From contig OZ320317.1 of the NCBI GenBank assembly GCA_976226885.1, positions 49,042,001 through 49,106,000 on the forward strand: a stretch of 64,000 nt of DNA, given 5' to 3'. Both the position numbers and the translations under genes were made by a program. Within the stretch, counting starts at the first letter, position 1; each line of letters opens with the position of its first letter. The DNA comes from Iphione sp. A-MEVVRFRX5 (Eukaryota). A model generated the notes under the pieces. That model was not told the DNA's origin. It saw only the letters and a program-made list of their open reading frames with translations, and ran no database searches. Below, in pieces: positions 32,601 to 44,420 of this stretch.

Positions 32601-35389
32601 CATATATCGCAGCCCTACCAGCCTTAAGTAGGGCTCACCTAGTTCCCCTGTGTGTTCAATCACCCCAGGAAACTTAAACAAGGAGGTTCTTCTGATGCAC
32701 ACAGTGTATCTTATGCGTTATCTCCATTACATGTATATCATATATGGAGGCACTCATGAATCAGGATTTAATCAATATAATAATAAGGCCGCGTATATAC
32801 TTGAGAGAGTGGAGAGCGTACGGGTCATTTGAGTAACCTTAAGCAAGCTGTCATCCAGTGTAACTCTCCAACTGATAATTAAAGACGATGTGTTGTTCAT
32901 CCAGTGTGGCATTTTCGTTTGTATTAAAATAGGATCAAGTACCCACTGTACAGTCCGGATACTGCGGGCTACTCTAAAGAAAGATAAGTGCATTTAATGT
33001 TACGGACGAGTCAAATTCAGTGTCTCCCCCGGGCAAAACCGTACAAGAGAATTATGAGGTGTTCGAGATCAGCGAGCACTAAAGCCTCAATACAAATAAA
33101 GAATATAACTCCCAGACCTGAGCCACGGGAGGGAATATTACACTTACGGTCTAGTTGACACGACCATGGAGATTTGAAATTTTGTCTACAGTCTGCTTCT
33201 GATGATAGCAATACTCCTCGGGATTCATGCTCCCTGGCCTTACTAGTTACCAAATGATTTCCCTGCCCTCCCAGACGGACTCTTCGTTAGGTACCCCTGT
33301 GGTTCTGGGAAACCACAGGGCCAATGGGGTCTGGCCATGGAGAGAGAAGGCCTATCTAGTGCAACCCCAATCGAAGGGATACGACAGGCATATGGCTGCA
33401 ATTACATCGATCATGGAAGGCAGGACCTGGTCGGAACGAATGACAGCTATTACAACCTGATGATAACTATTACCAACTGTCGCTGGCCAACTGGAAATAG
33501 TACGGGGGTTGCCATTGACTTACGACATGTTGACAGAGCAAGTCGGTAAAAGAATTATAACTCTTTGGTGGCTTGAGTCCGTGGAAGAAACTCCACAGTG
33601 ATAATACGCTACTGTATTCTATGCACTAAGAATTTCTATGAAAATAAAATTGTCTTCCCTGTGAGTTTCTTCCTAACATACATCACTGCTGCTGCAAAGA
33701 TAAAAAATAAACTCCCAGAGTGACAGGAACCGTCTGGGTTACTTTGACCTTCGCATCGCTGCTTGCATGTTAATTCTACGCTTCCGAGGTAGTCGACCGA
33801 CGAAGTGTGAAAGGGGATCAGAGAGGGTCAAATGTTGACAGCTGGTCAAGCAACTGGGACTCACAGCCAGGCTTAATAGTAGCCAGCACCCACTTTTCCG
33901 ACACCCTCCACACTTCCCTGCCTTACCATCAGATCAATAATTGTCTCTCTCCCCCTTCTGTGAAGACCCCCCCCCCGACCGAACAATCTGCCCGCAGTAT
34001 CCACTCCCGTATCACCATCTCAATCTCTACCGGTGCTCCTCCCACTTACCTCCACCTGGGGCCCGTTCCCGTTACAGGTCGACCAACTCGCCCAAAACGT
34101 AGCCAATCCAGAGTAGCCTGTGCCGGACCCCCCCCCCCCACTTCCCCGTTGCCTGAGCATCCACCCACTAAGCGAGGCTTCCGCCAGTCAATATGAGCCA
34201 TTACCAGGGAGGCCGAGCCGCTCGACCCGATACCCGCTTGTCGCTGGTAATACCCCCACAGCGCCCGGCCCCAACTGCCCCCATACCAGCCGCCCCCCCC
34301 CCCAGCTAATACTCGTTCATAGGTAGGGCTTGAAGTTCACCAGAGACAAAGCCACATTATAGGTCTGCGCTCGCTTTTGTGGAGGAAAGGTCTTTTTATT
34401 GCTTCCCCTGCGGCTGCCTTATTGCATCAATCGAGTTTCCCTTTGGCTGGGCACTTGTCGATCGCTCCTTACCATGTTCGATTGACTCATTGTTATAGGA
34501 TAACCACGTAGAAGCAATATCTGGTAATAAGCACGTATTGTAGCTTTCCCTCGTCAGGACTGAATCGATATTTACTATTTGGAGCAAAATAATTCCCTTT
34601 TCTTTTACTGACTATTTGTTGGTTTCTGGCTAAAATTGATACAGGGTGGCTTATATCGGCTTTTTTCCGCCAGGTATCAAACAAATTGCTCTCGAAGCAA
34701 GTCTATCTTGTCAATGTAGGATATGAAGCAATAAAACACACAACAGAAACGATGGCCTCCAAGTGGACGTACTGTTCGTTGGCTTTCTATTTGAATTCAA
34801 TAGTGATACATGTATATTCATATTTATAGGCAGCAGATCATTAGGTCTGCTTCAATTATAAAACGATCCAAGAATATTCAACACTCATTAGTTATCCCAA
34901 GCTACCTTGACATATCATGGCTATTGGAAGCTAATTGTATGTACATGTCTATTGATTCGATACTTCAATACGCTTTTTGGGGATGCGCACTATCATATTT
35001 TATCGATTGTCTTCACATAAACGATGCAAAATCAAATCCAGTGGTACACACCATTGAAACAACGTGATACGTGCCAAAATCCACTTACATTTGGTCCTTA
35101 TCCAAGAATTCGCTGTAGCAGCCAGCAAACTATGGACACCATCTAGGTGCCAGTAATTATGCCCCTACGTAATAAATTCTAGTGGTGAAAATAAATACCG
35201 AATTCCACGGGCCACTGGCTATGACATTCAGCCAGCCGTCATTATTTCATTTTGTTGGCTGCCGGTGAGATACACTTGCTGCAGTTCTATAGCCATCCGC
35301 CATAGAAAAATGGTGAACAATACACAGATAAAATTTGAATAGGTATTCATGTTAGAAGTTGGACTAAAATGTTTTTATGACGCCATACG

Positions 35390-35720
35390 TTGATTCCCCA
35401 ATCCATTGGTGATGTTTTATTCCAGGTTTCTGACTGATTTATTCGACTTGGTGGAAAGAATTGACAATTTTGCTGATGCACCACGATGTTGATATGATGA
35501 ATGACATTCTCAACTTCCAAAACAACTCTGTTTATGGAGTTACTTTACTTCGGCTTTAACAAATCACCCCTCGGCAAAGTGCACGTTGCACACAACAGTT
35601 TAAATCGCCTGAGAAAGCGGGTTACTTTGCAACCATTTCATTCCATTTATACTCTTAGGGGACCCAAATCCTTGCAATTTTTTTCAAGCTTTCTTTTAAT
35701 TAAGAATTCCGAAATGCATC
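35390..35720 (+). mobile_element. Decayed CR1-type LINE RT remnant
   Basis: IPQSIGDVLF...NFADA...LWSY...PSAKCTLH...YTL*GTQIL resembles PQGS.LGP.LF...FADD...W...FN..KC..H...Y.L.G..L. Confidence 0.35.
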
Positions 35721-36328
35721 AGTTTGCTCATGAATAGGGAAATAAGAACTTAAACAGAACAAACTGCAACGTGATCTTCCATAATGTAAGTCATGCTAAA
35801 GTCTTACTACACGTATTTCTCTTGCAATTAAATATACAAGATATTGACGATTTTCTCTTTTACGGTAATGGCCAATATCTTTGTCCAGGAGAGAGACGGA
35901 GTAAACAATAAGATTAAGTTAAACAAACAAATGTGTTTTAACGGTCTAGAGCCCCGGAGTTTGCCAATATTAAATATCAACTAGTACTGTTTTGGATTTG
36001 AATTATTCACAACCATGATGGATGGTATTCTCTGTTAGCTGGGTCAATTTGAACCTTATACTTCCTCTTCTAAGTTGCCTATGTACTACGTCTAAATGGA
36101 CACCGTGTCTGGAAAAGTGACTTGTTGTAGAGTTTTCATCAACCATTGACTCCCTGTTGTACATTTTCTAATATTGTATTTATAGCAATCCTTCGTTAGG
36201 AACATGTCCTCAAATCTAGGTCCCTATAAACTTTCACAGTGTATGTTATTCAATAATTATTTTTGCAGAACTGTTCGTCTTGGATAATCTCCGATATCTT
36301 GATCTATATAACTGAGGCTTTGTCTTGT

Positions 36329-36515
36329 ATACCACAGTAGCAACTCAGAATTAAGACCACCGATGGGACCAGACAAAGTTGCCCTCAACTCTGAGTTGCC
36401 CTCTTACCTAAATTAATTATATCATAAAAAATATACCATGGGAACCAACCAAACTTCCCCGTAATCCTGAGTTGTCCTCCTAGTTGAGTTGTCTGCAAGG
36501 TGAGTTGCTGATGTA
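36329..36515. mobile_element. Short MITE-like element
   Basis: Inverted core AGCAACTCA (left) and TGAGTTGCT (right), TA-flanked, with internal CAACTC/GAGTTG sub-repeats. Confidence 0.45.
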
Positions 36516-37546
36516 TATGGTTATCTAGAACTGAATTATATAACAGTTTGTTTTAATTTCCTACGTGTGTTACTCATCAAGATGTAATATTCTAATGCTA
36601 AATATATCATTAAGTAGACTCTTTTTAAGAACATATTTGTGTGACTAGGTATAGGGAAAAGACCGTGTTAATAGCTATTTCATTTATGTTTTAGCAAACA
36701 AGAGCAGTAAGTTTTACATAACGTCATAAACAAGAATATCTTACATTTATTTGATAATTCTATTTGGTATGGGTGTGAAAGTCTTCTAAGGACACGATCC
36801 ATAATATCACGAGGTGACACCAGATAATGTTTCATGAAAAATTGATTCCTTTTTCTTTATCCTCATGGAAAATAAATTGTATGAGCCAAAATCATTTTAT
36901 TTTATTTTATTTCATTCATGTCTTAACTGATTATATTAATCACAATGCTTAGAAGTTACCTATATTCTTTTCTATTTACATACTCAAACAGGCCCTGTAT
37001 GTTGTAGGATTATATTTATGTACTGAATAATATTTTGCAATATTGACGCAGGTTCTGTAAGATAGAAGGATATTTATCTGTGTACTTATTAGTATTTAAG
37101 TAATATTTCACAATGGTAAATATTTACATATTCACTTAAGCGACCTCTTCCTATCGATGCATTGATATTATAATCGACTACTACACTCACTTAAGTATAG
37201 TGCTAACGTGCAGCCTGCCTATATGAGAATGAACAGAGTTAAAGATGGTTATCATGCTGCTTTAGATATCAAATTAGCTGTTGTATTCTGGTCATACTTT
37301 GATCTACTATTACTCTGATGTATTAGGCTTATGGAATTACACTCTTTTCATGGACAGTATGTGGTATGTCGAGGCAAAGTACTTTCACTGATAAGGGTAA
37401 CATAAACAGATCGAATCATGACTGGTCACCGTTCAGCCATGAAAATGTGTTGTTATGGCTTTTCAGGTTCGTCCAAAGTTACTATACATAGTATATTGTA
37501 CCTTTTGCCAATATAAGAAGAAATAGAATGGAAGATGGCTTCAATA

Positions 37547-37762
37547 TACAGTGGAATCATATCCTGTGACCAGTCACCGGGAGAGACCATTCACTCAGGG
37601 AGACCACTTTTACGTAGAACCGACTGATTCTCTGAACAGTTATGATGGTTTCGACCAGAGAAGACCATTCACCCTGGGAGACCATTCGCCCAATAAGACC
37701 ACAACTTTAAAATTGCATAACTTATGGTGGTCAGGAAGAGTTTACCAAGATATTCCAATGAG
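37547..37762. mobile_element. Tc1/pogo-type MITE-like element
   Basis: TA-CAGTGGAA left end, TTCCAATG right end, internal GAGACCATTC/GAGACCAC sub-repeats. Confidence 0.45.
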
Positions 37763-38375
37763 GAATCAACAATTTCCTTAGAAACATATTCACAATTTTT
37801 CCTAATGCCACACTATGACATCTTTTGCATTTAGGACAGTGTCTACTCATCCCTAAAGCTTGTAGGCATACTTTAAAAATACTTCACAATAGAAGTACAG
37901 ACAAACCTTGTCTACTTGAGTCGCATTAATGGGAATTTCTTGTCAACCGTCACAAAATTAAATAAACAAATAATTTTCTGTATAACTTGTACTATTTAAC
38001 TGGAATTGGTTAACCATCAACCGGAAGCCTTTTAAAGCCATTGTAAATTTATTTATATAGAAAATAAACACATTTAACCAGACAAGGGAGAAGAAAGGAA
38101 GCGTCAGTCCTTACAGCATGTATATTCAGCAGAAAACAACAATTACATCAGAGCAACACACAACCTCCTAAAGTAAGAGAACAAAGTGCACAGCGACTAA
38201 CATAGGTTTAAAGTACAATACACCCATGCAAAACGATTATATAACTGTGAAATATGAACCGTGACCTCCCAAACTAAGAGACAACACAGTGCAGAGCTAC
38301 TAAAGTAGGTTAAAAAGAACCTTCACATGTAAGAAATTTGGGCCACAACTTCCTAAAGTGGAGCATTTGTCCACA

Positions 38376-38564
38376 TTTTCTCCCTGAAATTCAGCATTTT
38401 TCGGCACTTTCTCCCTGAAATTTGCCGTTTTCAGCACTTTCTCCATGGAATTTGCCTCAATCTCCATGAAATAATTATTTTTCGGCACTTTCTCCCTGAA
38501 ATTCGCCATTTTTTTGGCACTTTCTTCATGGAATTTGCCTCAATCTCCATGAAATGCCATTTTT
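38376..38564. repeat. ~30-bp minisatellite with higher-order structure
   Basis: Units such as cactttctccctgaaatttgccgttttcag, with a repeated block gcactttctccatggaatttgcctcaatctccatgaaat. Confidence 0.9.
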
Positions 38565-40539
38565 ACCAGGAGATGCATGTGTAGTGATTTTTTCACCATC
38601 AGAAATCCTTGTCAAGCATATGTCTTTCAAAACAACAGATACACTCTCAATAACGAGGTTTGACTGTAGATGTACACCCTCATAAGAACAATATTTTCAG
38701 TTTAAATAACGGTTGTTACAATAGACATTCCATAATAAGCATAGCATCACCCTGATGCCACCCACTGACTCTATGTTGAGAGGCTGACTGGAATCAAGAG
38801 TCCAGGTTCCTATTCCAATATACAAATAAGAACTTGATTTGGCGTACATGACTGGGAAAACCAGCAGTTTCTTCTCTTTTGTGAGAACACGAACATTAAA
38901 CAGGCAAGCCCGAAAAATCTGGTTCTTGTAAGAGATGCATATGCTAGGACTCTTAATCCACATCCAAGCAATTCAGTGAGAAGATCGCGTCCTCTTCTGA
39001 AAGATAAGCTGCGTGCACTTGAAGGGCCGCAGATGAGCCCATCTAGTCACCTCTTGGTCTACCAGCTTCCAAGTCACTCAGGTCCGTGCGCCGAGTTCCC
39101 CAGCCGCTCCGACCTGGCGGTGGGGCGAGAGGGCGGGCGCGCAGACTGTCATACCACCCACGCAGAGGCGGCCTCAGCGGTGCGGGTGACAGCGGCCGAC
39201 GAGCGGCTGATTTAGCGGTCTCCTAAATCAGGCCGGTCACTGAGCCAGTTCTTGTTTGACCGCCTGATTACTCCACTCCCGCCGCCTGGTGGACTATGCC
39301 GCCTTGCCACAGCGCTCTTCTCAAGGTGTCCACCAAAATGGCAGCAGCTTGATTTACATCTAAGTGTGCCAGGTTCAAATTGGACGTCGAACAGTCTCTT
39401 GATTTCCTCCAAAGTCGAACGAAATGTTTCTATGTGTCTGCTTCTGTATCTTCGCAGTTCAGGAATGTAAAACCGTCATACTTCCTGACAATGTCATTCC
39501 TGCCTCACTTATCCCAATGACGTACACTCTCTTTCTCCCTGTCTCCGTCTTTCTCTCTCTCCCTTCTTCCCATGCAACATACCTCTTTCTGCCTCTGAAT
39601 GTCTGTCTCTCACTATTTCGGTCCCTCTGTCTGTCTGTCTGCCTGCCTGTCTGTCTCATCGTCCTCCTCATACATTTCTAACTGATCTTCTCCGTCATCT
39701 ACTTTTTATTTGAGTTTCTCTTCTTTCGATTTGGCAATGTCTCTTCCTCCTACGCTGTCACTCTGTGTCCAAGTCACTCTATTCTTTCATAGCATTCCCG
39801 TGGGGAAAACCCCATCTAATTGACACACAATCCTTTGTAAATCTATGCTTTAACATAAACTGTACTGTATAGGACCGCCGCCATGGCATCCCCGGGTATT
39901 TATCATAGATCAATTGCGTTTCAAGTTCTTTTTGCGTTTAACATCTCTTGACTCAAACTGCCATATGTACAAAATGACGTCGCACTGTAAACCTCTGGTG
40001 AGCCTGAACATTTTATAAAATAATAGCCCGCGCGTACCTTTACTTGGCCATTTATGGATACTGAGCATGAATTGGCCATCGTACATAGTTATGGCAACAT
40101 TGTGTCAATGTACCTCAGTGTACTTTAAAATCTCTAAATATGCCATGATATATATAAAAAAGATATCTCTATGTTCCTGGAAGATTTTATAAAGTGCATT
40201 GCACTGTAGTTTTATTGCTGCTACGACTGAGGACTCACATCCATGTGTTACTACACGTGCCTCCAATTTGATGCAGATTTGGCAGGTTATTCTCATACCA
40301 AATTGACATGGAAAAAATAGGTCTCTCCCACAAAAAGCAAAACACACTAAAAGAACTGATAGGCTACAAAATAACATCTAAGTGCAATGATTCCATGAAG
40401 ACTTGGATTATTAGAGATTGTTTTCTAATCAATCGACGGATGCTCGACACCGACATGGTCATACCAGGGTCGGTTTCTATGCCATAAATCCATTAGATAA
40501 AGCACAGGGAATCATTTTCGTTGCCATCGATATAGGACA

Positions 40540-43500
40540 TGTCATTGCGAGCTGGATTCTGCCCTGACGTCATTGTGGGTATATATGGTCTCACTTTCAC
40601 CCTGCTCTTACTCTCTCGTCCTGATCGTTTTACACGACAAACACGCATGCACCTCACCTCACCATTATACACGCTTATTCTTATATATTTTATAGGCTTT
40701 TACAATGTATACACTTCTCCTTTCTGCCATGGTTACACACCGGCCAGCTAACTCTCACAAGGTGGATCCTCTTGACAAATTGGTGCTGGACACTTCTGCA
40801 GACGTGTCACATAATAACACTACCACATCAAGACGCACTCGCTGAGACAAAGAGAAGCTTATTTCAAAACCTAAGATGATTCACTGTATGGAAAAGCTCC
40901 AGCATGTAATACTGGAAATTTTGTTTTAACTCTAATCTCATATATTCACTCTTACAAATGCTATTCCATTGGCGACCTTGGGCAACACTTCTCAGGACGT
41001 TGCTCTCTACCTGCAAGGTCCTCTCGGAGATACTACACGTTAAGCAACTTTTACACATTCCCCGCGTCCACCATCTGGCCAGACTACCGTTTTACATTCA
41101 AAGCAGCCCCTTTGCCCTCCAAGAATGCCAACTCTCACGGACAAGACAACATTGAGCTGCTGACTAGAACACGGCTGCGTGGTGGACCTCTTGTCCAGCG
41201 TTACAGGGACACCTCAGCCCCATGGCTTGCCCACGCCCAAGATTACCGAGTTAATTTGGATATAAGAGTGAGGAACCTCATCACCAAGCCTCACATGCAT
41301 ATTGGAAAGGAGGGCTCCTTCACCTCTTAATAAAGTAATGAGTATTGAGACCAAATTAAGTACAAGGAGTACGTCCCTGCATTTCGGGCAATGCTGACAG
41401 ATGAACATCAAGTCCAGCTGATAGGCCGTTCCTGCTCAGGACGTTCAGTTTAGGCCATGCGTCAGCATCTGACGCTGGTCGAACATTATTTTTTGACAAA
41501 GTCGAGCATAGGGAATTATCATAGGCTGACTCAAATACCATTTGGTATGACCTCATGATATTTTTGCGGATGCTTGTATTCAAGAGCGAGTTGAGGTTCC
41601 CTGTTCACATGTTTTATTTTGTAAGAATAAAGCTGACTCCTATAACAAGGCTATGACCAAATCTGTCTACTTTGTATGTTCTCCTCTGCCCCAATTGGCG
41701 CCCGTTATCCTCATAGTAATGATGTTTGCGGGAACCGGACCAAGTTTCCCAACACCAACTGGAAGCAGACCAACCAGCAGCCTAATCAGCCGCCTGGACA
41801 ACCACACCAACCTAGTCCGGCTAACAATCATCGTTACAATTTAAAAAATTAGGATTTGCGTGCTCACCAAGAACAGTATCTGTAAATCAGTCTCCGTGAC
41901 ATGATTAACCATCTGCTTCCTGAGTATTACTCAACGTTCAGCAAATTCGCTATGCATGTGCTCAAGACTCTTTACTATCGCCTTCTGTCATTGACTGCTT
42001 ATTTGGCCCATTACAAAACAAAGTGTTGGCCAGATCCGGTACTGCAATTCCTTGACACTACTTGGGCCAACTATATTTATTAAGGTCAAAGCATATGGAG
42101 ACCCCAACACCTAATGTGCTACGATCCAAGTTCCTTTAAAAATTAGCATCGCTGGTTGGGAACGCCACCTGAGTTCTAATGATGATCACTAGCTTATGGA
42201 CCTGCTCAGGTTGGGATTCCCTCTCAGATATATGTATATGGGCCCCTTTAGTGACACCAGTTCAGCACAGAATCACTCATCAATCGTACTGCATCCTCTA
42301 GCAGTTGGCGCATTCTTGGATAAGGAGAGGCCTTTTGGAGCCCTTGTTTGGCGTCCTGAGGTCGCTTAATTCAAGGAGTCATGTCACCTGTTGCCCCGTA
42401 CGTCCCGACCCTAACGCGGTTCAGAAGAGCGGTGGGCGAACACTAATCTTTCCTTTCCTCCAGATGGGTCCGTGAATGCCGATTTGGCTAAGAATATGGT
42501 GCTAGGTGTCCTGCGCGATCATTCTTTACCCACAATTGACCGATTGCCTAGAGGTTGAAGAAACTGGTAGGCTAGATGGATTCTTTACTAATTGTGATGT
42601 CATAATAGAGAAGCACAAGAAAAGTAACAAAACCAAATGGCAGACGTCCTCCTCTATTCAGAACTTTGAACAGTAGTTTCGCAGTGATGCCTAAATGGAT
42701 TCTCTGGAAATGTAGTACACTAACGCATACACACGTTAGGTATATTTTATGAAAATTTGGTGATCTTACCTTGATTCTGTTGGCAGGAGTTTTTAAAATG
42801 TAATATGGACATAGTCGACAGAACTGTGAGTTTCTACATAACGCCATTTTTATACATAACGTCATTTTCATTGTTCTTCGGCCATCTACTGTTTTGCAAG
42901 GGAATTTCATCGATGCATTAATGGAGGGATTGCAGAAGTGGTTTCCACACCGTTATTACAGTTATGTTTACTATTTTTTAAGACAATGTCTTGAGTTAAA
43001 GCAAGCTGACTGGTGGAGCCCCTACTATGACATCACAAATAGTAAAACAGCATGCGTTGTGACAGTGTCTAGCGAGCCCTCAATTGATGTTCTAGTTGAT
43101 GCAGTGAGATGGATGGGCCGTGACAAACATATGGAAGCCTTGGCCATTGCTCGTGCATAAAAATCTTGCTGTCTGTCCACTAGAGTGGCCCTTTTTGTGT
43201 TTTCGGTGGGCTGGGCAGTACTATTTGGAGACGGGCATCCCTTTTGGCTCTAGATGCTCATCCAATCATATGCAGCATATTGCTGATGCCTTGGTCCGCC
43301 TTCCTGGCTGAAAAGTGGTGTCCAACTTGAAGTACCTCGATGATCTGGTCATCACAGACAAGGTTGCTGAATCTGCCTGGTGGGCAGTCGAGCAGGCTAG
43401 GTCCTTATTCGTGAAGCCTCGAATTCCTAAGGCTGCAGGTAAGTCGGAAGCCCCAGCCCAGACGACTGAGTAGTTGGAGTTCGTCATCGACACCAAGAAA

Positions 43501-44420
43501 TGTCCCTTGCCATGCCACAGGGAAAGCTCACAGAAGTCATGGCTAAGGTTGCGTTGACAGTCACGCCCGTGCTAGTTTGTCTGGGACCATGTTGCAAAGT
43601 CTGTTTGGGCAGATTCTATACACGGTCTGTTCTTGAGGCTTGTATGTACATCTAGTGCCTGCCCTTGTTTGCCTCGATTCCTGCAGGGGTGGCCAATGGG
43701 CTCTCTGCAGCTAAGGAATTTCTGAGGCACCAGGGCGTCTCCTCCTCGTCCTTTGACTCATGGCCAGCTTGTCTGGCCTTGGAGGCTGTGAAACATACAA
43801 AAGGGCACCTTATATGTCGGAAGTATCCCCATAGACTTACCTGATGTGAAGCAAATTTGGTATGTCACTATTGCACTCCCCTCTGGGGTGATGGTTTGTT
43901 TTGCTGCCCCTCTTATCTTCTATGCAGGGCTTCGGCAGTCTGATGTTGCCCCATGATGTCCTCGATCATTTGACCCAGATCGCCACCCGATGCATGTAGA
44001 CATCATAGTGCAAAGCAGTCATCTAGATATCAAGCATGAGTGCTCCAAGACCCAGCAACTCTACAACCAGGGCCGTGATATTGTCCTTCCGGCCTCGACC
44101 GACCCAATTCTCGGTCCAGTAACTACTTTCAAACTGCTGTCCAGAGCAGATTGTCCCTGTAAGGTACCCGCGATAGCTTCTTCTTGTCTTGCCAAAGACC
44201 AATACTCTGGCGACCACACAATGGCTCGGCTGACAGTTTGCAGACATCTTGAAAACTATAATCCTATATCCTAATGATTTTTTCATTGCATAGCCTCCAT
44301 CGCACTGCGGTGATGGTTGGACTTTTTCAAGGGTGTGATGTTTTGCAGCTCAAATATTTCGTCGTATGGTCATGTGACACTTGTCAAGCTCATGTCTCTC
44401 CTTCAGATTTCCAGGCCGTT
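40540..44420 (+). mobile_element. Decayed Ngaro/DIRS-order tyrosine-recombinase retrotransposon (ORF1, RT, YR; RNase H apparently deleted); boundaries approximate
   Basis: ORF1 remnants (YKEYVPAFRAML, AMRQHL, ICLLC...YPH...C, NLKN*). RT: LMDLLRLGFP, NHSS..LHP, NLSFPPDGSVN, YYLETGIPFGSR, YLDD (43333-43344), FVIDTKK. YR: YAGLRQSD (43921), FDPDRH, SKTQ, SLHSLHR (~44285). Confidence 0.85.
42540..43076. mobile_element. Secondary insertion interrupting the Ngaro RT
   Basis: Flanked by CCC(A/T)CAATTGA at 42529-42539 and 43077-43087. Internal inverted repeat tttactaattgtgatgtcataatag (~42584-42608) pairs with ctactatgacatcacaaatagtaaa (~43022-43046). Confidence 0.55.

Noticed and set aside
38376-38564. 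Repeat arrays as CRISPR (also 48459-48608)
   Set aside because: Contiguous tandem units without unique spacers, eukaryotic context and no cas genes.
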